Below, in pieces: positions 8,266-17,556 of a stretch of DNA of 64,000 nucleotides. Made by a program: the position numbers and the translations under genes. The stretch comes from a virus (Duplodnaviria; Caudoviricetes), in the IMG/VR virus record IMGVR_UViG_3300024259_001623. The stretch is one strand, 5' to 3'. The first letter of the stretch is position 1. The number at the start of each line of letters is the position of its first letter. Below the pieces are notes generated by a model. The model was not told where the DNA came from and ran no database searches. It saw only the letters and a list, made by a program, of their open reading frames with translations.

Positions 8266-8910
8266 TTAACTTCCTTTCATATCTTTGATTTTTTCTACAA
8301 GTTCATCAATAGTATTATCTACATCTAAGTCTCCATCCAACATTTGATATGCGCTAGGCCATAAAAAAGCCTCTCCACCCCATTCCTTAAAAGCATCAAC
8401 TTTCTTTTTAGAATCATCTATAAGAATAGAATCTTTATTTGCACAAAAATGTTTTGAATGCGTAACTATCATGGCAGGCTTTTCTTCTTGGTAATTATCA
8501 TAAATACATTCCATCTTACCTTTAGCTCCATCAGCAGCTACTTTTGGATGCTTAAAAAGATTACCATTAGAAGTTAAGAAAGATACTTCGCCCAGCTTAT
8601 TCATTGCATTGTATAACTTTTTGTACCAAGGGAACATTGACATATTCTTCCACCAGTCGCTACCGGCTTTTTCTATTGCCTTCCACATATCTTCTTCATT
8701 TGTATGCTTAGTATCTTCTAGCTTAGTACCAGACTTCAATTCATCTCTAAGTTCTTTTTCAGTATCATCTATTCCCAAGAGATCACAAGCAGCTTTCTCC
8801 CAATTGCTAACTACTCCATCCATATCTATAAAAATTCTGATCTTTTTATCTTTTTTCTCAGATAATATAATTTTGTCTGGTGAATTAATACTAATTCGAT
8901 TCTTTTCCAT
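8266..8910 (-). CDS. HAD-family 5'(3')-deoxyribonucleotidase
   Basis: FIDMDGVV (DxD motif I), FLTS, LIDDS (motif IV). Confidence 0.8.
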   Translation of the reverse strand: MEKNRISINSPDKIILSEKKDKKIRIFIDMDGVVSNWEKAACDLLGIDDTEKELRDELKSGTKLEDTKHTNEEDMWKAIEKAGSDWWKNMSMFPWYKKLYNAMNKLGEVSFLTSNGNLFKHPKVAADGAKGKMECIYDNYQEEKPAMIVTHSKHFCANKDSILIDDSKKKVDAFKEWGGEAFLWPSAYQMLDGDLDVDNTIDELVEKIKDMKGS

Positions 8911-9178
8911 TTTCAGGTTCCTTTATATCTATAACTTTTGACTTTTCTACAAATTTTGTAGTTCCGCCAAAAATAAACTCTTTGTCTTTTTCGGGTTTTA
9001 ATTGAAATAGTTTTTTAAATTGAGACAATTTAATAGAGATAACTGCTCTATTCGATATAGTATTAGATTCTATAATCCTCATTCCCCACATTGTGGTTAA
9101 TTTCACTACAGTCTCAAAAGATGCATTATATGGCGATTTAAGAATCAATTCTACATATACTTCGGTAGGCTTAGGCAT
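8891..9178 (-). CDS. Hypothetical protein
   Basis: ORF overlapping the downstream gene in the operon. Confidence 0.55.
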   Translation of the reverse strand: MPKPTEVYVELILKSPYNASFETVVKLTTMWGMRIIESNTISNRAVISIKLSQFKKLFQLKPEKDKEFIFGGTTKFVEKSKVIDIKEPENGKESN

Positions 9179-9204
9179 ATACTTTTTATCTACATTTTGG
9201 TATA

Positions 9205-9396
9205 TTACTTTTTTCTTTTTTTTTCTATTTTCTCTATTAGTAGCAATAACTCTGCCCTTCTCTTTTTACTTATTTTACCAAAACCCAATTCCCATCTCAA
9301 ATCTAATTCTTCTTGAGATATACTGTATGGTCTAGGAGAATCACCCTTCCCCGCTCCAGCATCTTTCTTTTTAATAGGTTTCTTTTTCTTCGCCAT
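9205..9396 (-). CDS. Small basic hypothetical protein (GKGDSPRP motif)
   Basis: 63 aa, Lys-rich, AGAGG RBS. Confidence 0.65.
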   Translation of the reverse strand: MAKKKKPIKKKDAGAGKGDSPRPYSISQEELDLRWELGFGKISKKRRAELLLLIEKIEKKRKK

Positions 9397-9432
9397 TTTT
9401 AAAACAACCTCTTTATTTTAAATTTATTTTTA

Positions 9433-9460
9433 AAAGGTTTTTACCTCTCAATCATGTAAT
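9433..9460 (+). promoter_or_regulatory. Putative phage-sigma (SigH-like) promoter AAAGG-N18-GTAAT
   Basis: Same geometry as sites at 11104-11131, 21111-21138 and 22497-22524; lies upstream of a WYK-leader gene. Confidence 0.6.
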
Positions 9461-9504
9461 ATTATAACGAAAGTCTTGCACTTTTTGTCTATATGGAGCA
9501 AAAA

Positions 9505-10086
9505 ATGAATTGGTATAAAACAGCAATAGCCGTATTAGGACCAGTAGACCCAATTGTACAACAATATCAAGAATCATATGAAAACGAGCCATACGATGTA
9601 AATATTACAGGTCCAGGCGTTAACCAAATTATTTCCATATCAGGACAAACAATATCAGCGAGAGACTTAATCAATGAAGCCGTTAAAAGAATCAGACCTC
9701 TTTTGATCCAAAACGGTGTTAGAGAAATAGATACAAGTCCTATTGGCCGCTCTGATGCTCAGGGCTTGGCTGTTTCTTCTAAACCAGGCATTGTATTTGT
9801 AGATATTCAAAAAATATTTAACTTACATCGTCAAGCACTTCCTCCCACCGCACAACTTGATGGAACTGAAATTGATCCTGATATTATTAAAGATATAATT
9901 AATAAAATCGTGCAATCTATTTCTGGAGAAATAGGAGAGACAAGCCTACATGAGAGCCAACATATGCATGATTACATGTCTGCTATTCAAGAAGGACAGC
10001 CTTTTAGCTCAGTTCAAGAAACTCCAGCACAACAGTTCGGGCAACAAATGCGTAGCCGATATTTTCCTGAAAGTTTTAATCAATAA
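9505..10086 (+). CDS. WYK-leader protein with HExxH metallopeptidase-like motif
   Basis: Start re-placed to MNWYKTAIA (ATG 9505, GGAG upstream). LHESQH near the C-terminus. Confidence 0.7.
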   Translation: MNWYKTAIAVLGPVDPIVQQYQESYENEPYDVNITGPGVNQIISISGQTISARDLINEAVKRIRPLLIQNGVREIDTSPIGRSDAQGLAVSSKPGIVFVDIQKIFNLHRQALPPTAQLDGTEIDPDIIKDIINKIVQSISGEIGETSLHESQHMHDYMSAIQEGQPFSSVQETPAQQFGQQMRSRYFPESFNQ

Positions 10087-11065
10087 AATTATTAATATTA
10101 AAATTTTCGACATTTTCTTTGTTAATATTTTTTTCAAAACCATTGTCTTTAAGAAAATCTAATATAAATGTCAAAAAGTTTTTAAGTTTTAAAAACTCAT
10201 CAGGATATAAAAGTTTAATTCCTTTTGATGAAGTTACTTTCTTTTTAATAACATCATGCTCTTGCCGTTTTAAGAATTGTTCTCTATTCTCATGGAATCT
10301 ACCTGGTATAAACTTAAAATGTTGTCTACCTTGGTACTCAAATCCTAATTTTAATTCATCATTATAGCCATCTATTTCTAGTCTATTCCCTTTTTTATTT
10401 TTTAACCATTCAGGCTTAACTTTATTAAATTTGTAACCTGTTATATATTCTAGAATTTTTCTAAATATTCTTTCTCCTTTAGATCCTAAACATGTTGGAC
10501 ACCAGTGATTCCTTTTTATGTCATGTGCGTTAATTGTCCATTGATGCCCTTTACGACATTGTACAACAAATTTAGAATAAGCATTTTTATAATCTCCAGA
10601 TACTAATATACCTTTTCTCATCTTTATAATTTTTTTTATATTTTCTATATTTCCAACATGATATTGACCTGCTACATAAGTGTTATGACAAACACGACAC
10701 CATGTTCCGCGTCTAATATGACTAAAATTAGCCTTCCAAACATGACCTTTATCACATTTCCAAATCATAAGTTCTAATGAATTTTTATATCCACTAGATA
10801 AACATTCGCCTCCCCTTTCAATAGCTGCTATCCTAGCATCTTCTAAGGTTAAGCGCTTTCTTATTCCCTCTAAACGTACTTTTTCTTTTGAACACACAGG
10901 ACACCAATGTCCTCTCTGAATTACATCTGGTACTGCGTTCCATTTATGCCCTTCTGCACATTCCCATTCGAGATGGGTCTTAGCGTTGATATATTTTTCA
11001 GAAACACATTTGCCATTTTTAAAATTAGCCAACTTATTCATATCGTATATAGTTTTTCTTTTCAT
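10076..11065 (-). CDS. Zinc-ribbon repeat protein with C-terminal PD-(D/E)XK/Vsr-like endonuclease domain (homing-endonuclease-like)
   Basis: Three WxCxxGHxWxA...WCxxC-type repeats, then LEIDGYN...FEYQGRQH. Start re-placed to ATG 11065 (GGAG RBS). Confidence 0.75.
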   Translation of the reverse strand: MKRKTIYDMNKLANFKNGKCVSEKYINAKTHLEWECAEGHKWNAVPDVIQRGHWCPVCSKEKVRLEGIRKRLTLEDARIAAIERGGECLSSGYKNSLELMIWKCDKGHVWKANFSHIRRGTWCRVCHNTYVAGQYHVGNIENIKKIIKMRKGILVSGDYKNAYSKFVVQCRKGHQWTINAHDIKRNHWCPTCLGSKGERIFRKILEYITGYKFNKVKPEWLKNKKGNRLEIDGYNDELKLGFEYQGRQHFKFIPGRFHENREQFLKRQEHDVIKKKVTSSKGIKLLYPDEFLKLKNFLTFILDFLKDNGFEKNINKENVENFNINNFID

Positions 11066-11103
11066 AAAAAGTTCTCCGAACAAAGATCAAACCATGTAGA
11101 TAT

Positions 11104-11131
11104 ATTTCTCATATTCATACAAAAATCCTTT
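11104..11131 (-). promoter_or_regulatory. Putative phage-sigma promoter AAAGG-N18-GAAAT
   Basis: Preceded by TTTATTTTTA exactly as at 9423-9437. Confidence 0.6.
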
Positions 11132-11245
11132 TAAAAATAAAAATCGACCACAACGGTCCAGGATCATTGCAATTAATAAAGAAGGGGGAATATCATATTT
11201 TATAGATAAATCGCTCTAATTACCGACAGCGGACGATGTATGCTA

Positions 11246-11893
11246 TCAGAAATGCCTAAAGTAGCCTTGTTCCTTAGTGACATCTTTTTTAGACATGAAA
11301 TCTTTAATTTGAGCAAAAGATACTGGTCTATAGTCCCAACTATCCACTCCAACATCACATGATAAAGTTCCTGGTAAACTATGTAATCCATCATGTGTGT
11401 GTCCGAATAAATGAAATTGGGAGTGATGTGAACGATCCCAAACCATCATAGCAAAATGATTTAATGTAATAGCATACTTTGTTCCATTATCATTAATTCT
11501 TAAAATATACTGATCATAGCATTTTTCAAATACGCTATAACTAATATGTCTATCATCATGGTTTCCCATAATAAAAATAATTTGACAATGGATTCTATAT
11601 CTATATTCCGCCCACGCATCTTTATCACGAGAAAAACAAAAGTCTCCCAAAATGCACAAGGTATCGTCGGGAGATACACATTTATTGATATTATCAATAA
11701 TAGTATCATCCTGTAACTTCACGGTTTCAGGGCTGATACGAATATTCCTTATTGCCTGTTCTCTAGCCTCTTTATGTTCAATCTTCTTTGCATTTTCAAA
11801 AAGAGTTTTTTCTTGTTCGTTCATAAATGGTCTGTTGCAGTGCTTGATAATATTGCCATGACCAAAATGTGTGTCAGCAGTAAACCAATACAT
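11246..11893 (-). CDS. Calcineurin-like metallophosphoesterase
   Basis: ADTHFGH, LGDF, GNHD, FGHTH, DVGVD. Confidence 0.9.
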   Translation of the reverse strand: MYWFTADTHFGHGNIIKHCNRPFMNEQEKTLFENAKKIEHKEAREQAIRNIRISPETVKLQDDTIIDNINKCVSPDDTLCILGDFCFSRDKDAWAEYRYRIHCQIIFIMGNHDDRHISYSVFEKCYDQYILRINDNGTKYAITLNHFAMMVWDRSHHSQFHLFGHTHDGLHSLPGTLSCDVGVDSWDYRPVSFAQIKDFMSKKDVTKEQGYFRHF

Positions 11894-11895
11894 AT

Positions 11896-12261
11896 TTATT
11901 CTTCCCTTTCGCTTAATTCTCTAAAATAGTTCGTATAACTCTTATGTGGAGTTTGTTCTGGATCGTTTGCCAAAACGAATTTAATATTATAAAGGATGGC
12001 AAAGGCATATGCCATACCAAAATCAAAATGACTTCCCTTACTATCTGGGTCCCACCAAGCATGAACTTCATCAGTCAATTCCATAGCATCTCTATGAGCT
12101 TGACAAATTTCATCAGCAGTTCCACTTTGATCTACATCTCTAGGAGGATAATGAACACAATAATCCCCCTTCTCAAGATTATCTACATATTCATCCATCT
12201 GCTTCTTAACATCTTCGCTGCAACCTCTAACCGGACAGATCAAATAAACCTGCTTAATCAT
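11896..12261 (-). CDS. Nucleoside 2-deoxyribosyltransferase-like protein
   Basis: VYLICPV, AMELTDEV, SKGSHFDFGMAYA (typical S/T-G-T-x-x-E-x-G-x-A-y-A). Confidence 0.6.
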   Translation of the reverse strand: MIKQVYLICPVRGCSEDVKKQMDEYVDNLEKGDYCVHYPPRDVDQSGTADEICQAHRDAMELTDEVHAWWDPDSKGSHFDFGMAYAFAILYNIKFVLANDPEQTPHKSYTNYFRELSEREE

Positions 12262-12310
12262 TTTCTTCTTCCTTTTGAAATTATATGTCTTTTGCGTCGG
12301 CGGTGCAATA

Positions 12311-12406
12311 TTAATTCTTAACTCTGGCCCGTTTTCTATTTCTTCTTTTATTGGACCCGATTTTTCTTCTTCTTCTACTCTTTTTATGTATACCTTTTCG
12401 TGACAA
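12311..12406 (-). CDS. Unannotated 31-aa Arg/Lys-rich peptide
   Basis: AAGGAG-N7-TTG start. MSRKGIHKKSRRRRKIGSNKRRNRKRARVKN (17 of 31 residues K/R). Fills an otherwise empty gap. Confidence 0.65.
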   Translation of the reverse strand: MSRKGIHKKSRRRRKIGSNKRRNRKRARVKN

Positions 12407-12430
12407 AATTATTCTCCTTTTCTAGATATA

Positions 12431-12859
12431 TTATTCATCGGCAGAAACAATGTCATATTCGTATTCATCGGTGCCGGTCCAATAAATACCTAGAGAACTA
12501 TTTTCCAGAATATTTCTTGTTATTTTAGTTCCATCAGGAAAATGTTTCTTCTCTAATGCGGATACATCAACAACTTTAGGCGAGTCTCCAGAAAAAGAAG
12601 CTATCTGTGTAGTGCTACCGTCATTATTTTCTACAGATACTATCGAAACAGTCTCAGATACTCTAACTTCTCTATGACACGATGACTGGTATAACCAGAC
12701 AGGAACTCCTATCATATAAATAGCTCCCAATAGGCCAATCAACCATGCTTTATACGTTTTATTATCATCTGTATAACGATCAAAACACGACTCTAGACCA
12801 AAAAGTGTTGCAAAAAAACATACGATCAACGACAATATTAAAACTATTTCAGGTATCAT
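12431..12859 (-). CDS. Membrane protein (2 TM + soluble tail), paralog of 12856..13293
   Basis: MIPxxxLI start, PxWL, DGSxTQxxSFS and ExSxLGIxW shared with its neighbour. Confidence 0.7.
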   Translation of the reverse strand: MIPEIVLILSLIVCFFATLFGLESCFDRYTDDNKTYKAWLIGLLGAIYMIGVPVWLYQSSCHREVRVSETVSIVSVENNDGSTTQIASFSGDSPKVVDVSALEKKHFPDGTKITRNILENSSLGIYWTGTDEYEYDIVSADE

Positions 12860-13293
12860 TTTTTCTCCTCATTATTTACAATAATTGTATATATATGATC
12901 AGTCTTATTGGCGTGAGAACTCCAACTTATTCCCAGATTACTCTCTTCAAAAGTTCCTCTCTTAACCGAACTTCCTTCTGGCAAAACTTTTCCGACCTCT
13001 TTTGACACATTATAAATCTCAGAATCAGAAAAAGAAACGACTTGCGTAATGCTTCCATCTGGACTGGTTATAGATTCAACTAGAGCGATTTCTTCTTTTA
13101 CTATTGCTCTACTATAATATGAACTACATAGCCATATAGGTGATCCAATAGCCATAATCAAACACAATGATCCACAAATTACGAATCTTTTGATCGCAAA
13201 AGGTCCATAATCACTAAAAGATGACAATGCTGCTATAAACAACCCTATACTCCCGAAAACAGCCAACATGATTAAAATAAGACTAGGTATCAT
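12856..13293 (-). CDS. Membrane protein, paralog of 12431..12859
   Basis: As above; ATGA overlap. Confidence 0.7.
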   Translation of the reverse strand: MIPSLILIMLAVFGSIGLFIAALSSFSDYGPFAIKRFVICGSLCLIMAIGSPIWLCSSYYSRAIVKEEIALVESITSPDGSITQVVSFSDSEIYNVSKEVGKVLPEGSSVKRGTFEESNLGISWSSHANKTDHIYTIIVNNEEKK

Positions 13294-13313
13294 TTTTCTC
13301 TCCTTAAAAGATT

Positions 13314-13350
13314 ATGCCTACTCCGCTATCATAAGTAACGGAGTAGGCAT
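13314..13350. terminator. 12-bp perfect stem-loop (terminator or mRNA-stabilising hairpin)
   Basis: ATGCCTACTCCG-N13-CGGAGTAGGCAT after the SPFH stop; only a weak U-tract. Confidence 0.5.
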
Positions 13351-13369
13351 CAACCTTATTTACAATACT

Positions 13370-14527
13370 TTACTCAACCTCTGGCATCTGCATCAACATC
13401 GAAGGAGCATCCGCGCCGCCCATAACGATCTTAGGCATAACTCCATCCCATTTCGACCAACGAGCTTTCTCAACTTCGATTTGCTGCATCTTCAAGAAAA
13501 TCGGGTTCTTAGCAGCCTTTTCAGCGACCTCAAGCAACTTTGCTTTACCATCAGCTTCGGCAGTAGCGATAGACAACTTAGCATCAGCCTCTCCCTCAGC
13601 TTCCTTCCTAATAGCATCTCTCTTAGCATCTGCTGCCAAAACGATTCTGTTGTTTTCGTCTTGCTGGGCGTCAAACAGATTTCTATTGATAACCTTCTGC
13701 TGTTCAGCCTTGAAGACCTCATTCAACTTCGCCTGGATATCTTTATCTCCATACTTAAAACCGCCGGACATGCCGCAAGTAGTAATGGTAATTCCGCTTT
13801 CAGAAAAATGATCAACGATATCTGCTTTTACTGCAAGAATAATCGCCAGTTTCTTAGGTCCGCTAAGAATCTTAGTTCCTTCTTCATTCAAAACTACACC
13901 TTCGGCCTTAGTTCTTTTGATAACCTTCTTGCCATTTTCATCTACAGTTTCTACTTCAAGATCTTTTCCTCTAAGCAAATCATTCAATGTATACTTAGCT
14001 GCGATTGTGCTAAAAATAGATTGAATTCTCGATCTAACTTCGGAATCCATTACATCTGCCAGACTGCTACTAGGATACTTGTATAGAAACTTAGCCGCAT
14101 TCTCTTCTTCAATCTTAGCCGTAACAGAGAAGCCTGTGGAGAACTCAATACTATCAGCAGATTCAGCCCATAATCCCTCGTTCTTACCGCTTGTTCCTCT
14201 ATCTGCATCAGCAACCCATTCTCGGCTTACAGGAGTTCTATCGACCTTGTATACTTGAACAGCCTCTCGCCATTCACCAGAATACCACATACGCCCTGTA
14301 TCATAGAAGAACTGAGGAATCTTAATACGCTTACCAGCGACTTGCAACTTCTTTAGAGCCTCTTCTGAATCGAATTTAACCGATTCGGAATCGCCATCCA
14401 TCTTGACAACGAAAGCTGTCTCGTTAGCCGCTACATCAACGTACTTATCTTCTTTGAAATCCTTACAACCGCCCAAAACTGCTACAGATACTACGACCAC
14501 AAATAACATCATCTTCCAACGTTTCAT
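13370..14527 (-). CDS. SPFH/band-7 family lipoprotein
   Basis: Signal peptide with lipobox VLGGC; SADSIEFSTGFSVTA; Ala/Glu coiled coil; WSKWDGVMP C-terminus. Confidence 0.8.
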   Translation of the reverse strand: MKRWKMMLFVVVVSVAVLGGCKDFKEDKYVDVAANETAFVVKMDGDSESVKFDSEEALKKLQVAGKRIKIPQFFYDTGRMWYSGEWREAVQVYKVDRTPVSREWVADADRGTSGKNEGLWAESADSIEFSTGFSVTAKIEEENAAKFLYKYPSSSLADVMDSEVRSRIQSIFSTIAAKYTLNDLLRGKDLEVETVDENGKKVIKRTKAEGVVLNEEGTKILSGPKKLAIILAVKADIVDHFSESGITITTCGMSGGFKYGDKDIQAKLNEVFKAEQQKVINRNLFDAQQDENNRIVLAADAKRDAIRKEAEGEADAKLSIATAEADGKAKLLEVAEKAAKNPIFLKMQQIEVEKARWSKWDGVMPKIVMGGADAPSMLMQMPEVE

Positions 14528-14553
14528 ACTTCTCTCCTTAATTAAAGTATTTT

Positions 14554-14871
14554 TTATTCAGGTTCGCATGTTGACTTAACATACTTTTTTACATGTTTGT
14601 TCCAAACGTATTGCTTGAACGTCTTTTTCCAAAACGCCACAGTAACAAGAATCAGAACAATAACTCCAACAACATCCACAATTGTTTGGTTATTGAGGAA
14701 ACTTTCTTCTGCTTCGTATTTGACTAAATCTTCATCAGTCCCATTGACCGTTTTTAGTGCGTTATCTACATTATGTATTTTCTTTGAGGCGTCGATTTGA
14801 CCGCCTATATACAGGTATCCAGATATGATGATGGATACGGTCAAAACATACAGTAAAATCCTATTAATCAT
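14554..14871 (-). CDS. Two-TM membrane protein (likely SPFH partner)
   Basis: Two hydrophobic helices directly upstream of the SPFH gene. Confidence 0.65.
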   Translation of the reverse strand: MINRILLYVLTVSIIISGYLYIGGQIDASKKIHNVDNALKTVNGTDEDLVKYEAEESFLNNQTIVDVVGVIVLILVTVAFWKKTFKQYVWNKHVKKYVKSTCEPE

Positions 14872-15095
14872 TTTATCTCCTTATCAAATGCCATTGTTAC
14901 TCTTATTTGGGTCATGTGTTCTAAAATATCACTGCACGAATCAAATATATTACCCAATAAATTATCATTTAATACTTGTATCGCTTCCGTGAAGTTTTTA
15001 GCATTATTGACAATATAAACATTATCATGTCTATTGTCAAAAAAAACGAATTGTCGTTTTCCTACGGTTGATTCATCGTTGACAATTTGTATCAT
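14868..15095 (-). CDS. Hypothetical protein
   Basis: First gene after the sigma70 promoter; GGAG RBS. Confidence 0.55.
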   Translation of the reverse strand: MIQIVNDESTVGKRQFVFFDNRHDNVYIVNNAKNFTEAIQVLNDNLLGNIFDSCSDILEHMTQIRVTMAFDKEIK

Positions 15096-15125
15096 CTTTG
15101 CTCCATCTCATGTGATTTCTGATAA

Positions 15126-15154
15126 ATTATACAGGGAGAAATAGGGAAATGCAA
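15126..15154 (-). promoter_or_regulatory. Sigma70-type promoter TTGCAT-N17-TATAAT
   Basis: -35 at 15154-15149, -10 at 15131-15126. Confidence 0.7.
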
Positions 15155-15189
15155 TTTACTTTTTTAAAATTATTTTCGCATTTTAAAAA

Positions 15190-15756
15190 TTATAAATCGG
15201 ATGTAGCTAAATACCAATTTGTATCTACTCTAACAGCATCTAAGGATATTCCTCCTAAATCAAAATATCCTACTTCATCTATATCATTTAAAGTATAAGC
15301 GCTGTCTACCATAAGCAACTCATTATCAGAATTGATAGCCAAAGGAATACCAGATACATTTGTACCTGTACTCGCCTCTCCGCTATCATCTAGTAATGCT
15401 GGAGAGTCATTAGACGAAGATGTGTTCTCACTTATGACAAAAATATTTCTTGTCATACCAGAATTTTCATATATGAAAAAATTTGAACCAAACCAAACAT
15501 ATAATTGATTTACGCTACTAACTGATGGAACCGTAAAACCAGATAATCTTACAACCATTAGGGAGAATTGTCCATTAGACATCCTAGCTAATGTTAAAGG
15601 AACACCGCCCAGGAATAATTTCTCTGTTCTGGTTATATCTATTTCGGTATCTACTGCTGGATCAGCAAATACTACTCTAACGGCATGTTTACCATTGTCA
15701 TCATCTACATAAGATGATAACATTTGGGTTCCTAAGAAAATATCTTCTATCGCCAC
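15190..15756 (-). CDS. Probable virion protein with three [LS]G[GI]xxL-type repeats
   Basis: FLGGVPLTL / VSGIPLAI / LGGISLDA. Acidic and beta-rich; last gene of the fibre operon. Confidence 0.5.
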   Translation of the reverse strand: MAIEDIFLGTQMLSSYVDDDNGKHAVRVVFADPAVDTEIDITRTEKLFLGGVPLTLARMSNGQFSLMVVRLSGFTVPSVSSVNQLYVWFGSNFFIYENSGMTRNIFVISENTSSSNDSPALLDDSGEASTGTNVSGIPLAINSDNELLMVDSAYTLNDIDEVGYFDLGGISLDAVRVDTNWYLATSDL

Positions 15757-15768
15757 AAAAAATCTCCG

Positions 15769-16311
15769 TTAAGTAATAGTCGAATTCGTTCTGTTACCAT
15801 CTGCATCGAAATCAACATTAGATGTTTCGGTGGCTCCATCTCTACCTTTCCAAGAAACATTATCGCCAGCAACAACAGAATCTCCTATCAATACTGCCAA
15901 CATCACTTCTACAGCCTTCTTCATAGAAATAACTTCTGTTCCTGTGCTGTCTGTATCTATTCCAGCGCTACTAGGATAAATATTATCAAGATCCCAATAA
16001 ACCTCATTAATAGCCAATAGTGTATCAGTCAAAGCTGGTGCACCGGCAATACGTAAATACATATACAAAGTATAGTTACCTTCTGTTACCCCGGCGTTGG
16101 TAGGAAAGGTGCCTTGATAATTATACGACCCTGCAATTTCTGTCATTACAGTATCGAAATTATCTGGCAACGCTGCCGGAGCCGCTTGCCACGTATTATC
16201 GCTAACTCTCCAATATTTACTATAATCCGCACTTTCTGGTATATTATTTTGCAAAAAGAAATATAGATTTACGCCAGTAACAGTATGTCTAAACTGAACT
16301 TCATTAGCCAT
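15769..16311 (-). CDS. Probable virion/tail-associated protein
   Basis: Thr/Asp/Gly-rich, beta-rich composition; position in the fibre operon. Confidence 0.5.
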   Translation of the reverse strand: MANEVQFRHTVTGVNLYFFLQNNIPESADYSKYWRVSDNTWQAAPAALPDNFDTVMTEIAGSYNYQGTFPTNAGVTEGNYTLYMYLRIAGAPALTDTLLAINEVYWDLDNIYPSSAGIDTDSTGTEVISMKKAVEVMLAVLIGDSVVAGDNVSWKGRDGATETSNVDFDADGNRTNSTIT

Positions 16312-16325
16312 AATTGATTATCCTA

Positions 16326-17135
16326 TTATTTGTATCCGAAAAATTGATTATAAAAACCAAATTTTTCCATTATTAAATTAGCTATATCATCAGAAACATA
16401 TTTTTTCCATTCTTCTTGATCAGATGGCTCTACCTTACCTTCTCCCTTATGAGGATATTTATTAAGATAGAATCCATCAGGATCATTAGCCGTATTTTCT
16501 ACATTATCAAAATCGTGCTTAAATCCTTCTTCATTTAATTCAGAATAAATTCTTTCCATGACCATTGCTGGGTTTTTTGCAAAATATTCATAATTAACAT
16601 ATATAACACCATCTGGTTTTCTTCTCATTAGGTCTTCTATGCCAACTAGTGATCCACCAACCAATCCTTGTGGCCCAAACATAACATCTGCCCTATTATA
16701 TAATGTTTTTTCTACCGGGTCTACGCTTTCTACGACCAGAGGACTTTTACTATTTTGCTTTTCTATTGATGAGAAAATATTACGTAAATCTCTAACCATA
16801 ACAATCATCTTAGATTCAGGGAATAATTCATGAAGAATTGGCTCATTACTATTCCATCCTCTAGATTTGTCGAATACAACCTCTTTACCGTCTTGTTTAT
16901 GCCAATTTTGTACAAATGCTGACAAACTATCTTGCATTCTTTTTTCTGTTTCTTCTTTTTTGATATTTAATAAATTTTTAACTTCTAAACTACTTGACCA
17001 AACACTAACAACAGAATTAAGCATCATAGGTAAAACGCTAGTAGATGTTGCATGAAATTTAGGATTCTGGTTCAATACGTTGCACATCAATGTAGACCCG
17101 CTCCTTGGCAGTCCTGTTACAACATTCATTTTCAT
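16326..17135 (-). CDS. Sulfotransferase
   Basis: VTGLPRSGSTL (5'-PSB loop), FDKSRGW, MVRDLRNIFSS, YVNYE. Confidence 0.88.
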   Translation of the reverse strand: MKMNVVTGLPRSGSTLMCNVLNQNPKFHATSTSVLPMMLNSVVSVWSSSLEVKNLLNIKKEETEKRMQDSLSAFVQNWHKQDGKEVVFDKSRGWNSNEPILHELFPESKMIVMVRDLRNIFSSIEKQNSKSPLVVESVDPVEKTLYNRADVMFGPQGLVGGSLVGIEDLMRRKPDGVIYVNYEYFAKNPAMVMERIYSELNEEGFKHDFDNVENTANDPDGFYLNKYPHKGEGKVEPSDQEEWKKYVSDDIANLIMEKFGFYNQFFGYK

Positions 17136-17161
17136 ATTATTTTCCTTTTTTGTACGAAAAA

Positions 17162-17509
17162 TTAAAGTACATCCATTTCAGTACCGATTGCTTTAACTTG
17201 TAATAGAAGACCTCCCAAAACTTGAGCTAAATCTGCATTAGTCTCAGCCATTGTAAATATATCTTCTATAATAAATTCTTTTTTACTCCCATTTTTACGA
17301 GATAATACCCAAGAACCATCCTCCAATTTAGCACCTTTCTGCAAAACTACTCTTACAGAAACAGGCTTATTGGGACGTTCGGCCATCACTTCTAGATTCA
17401 ATAACCACCATTTATCAAAAATAATTTCTGGTTTTGCACTAACTGTTCTTCCTGGTTTTCCAGGCTTAACATCTGGTTTTGTCGCAGGTATTTTAGGGAA
17501 TTCTGCCAT
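17162..17509 (-). CDS. Hypothetical protein (possible fibre chaperone)
   Basis: AGGAG RBS. Function inferred from position only. Confidence 0.55.
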   Translation of the reverse strand: MAEFPKIPATKPDVKPGKPGRTVSAKPEIIFDKWWLLNLEVMAERPNKPVSVRVVLQKGAKLEDGSWVLSRKNGSKKEFIIEDIFTMAETNADLAQVLGGLLLQVKAIGTEMDVL

Positions 17510-17556
17510 TTCATATCTCCTTGCATATTTATATTACATTATACTGTCTATTATAA

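Noticed and set aside
8001-12336. Near-identical string AACTCTGGCC(C)GTTTTC at 8001-8016 and 12320-12336
   Set aside because: Only two copies, with an indel, and one lies inside a coding peptide. Cannot be distinguished from chance without a statistical test.
12262-12405. Open frame extending the NDT-like gene 48 codons upstream
   Set aside because: Bounded by TAA with no start codon; the RBS fits the overlapping 31-aa TTG peptide instead.
13268-14086. 272-aa plus-strand ORF
   Set aside because: Antisense shadow of the SPFH gene; no motif or RBS.
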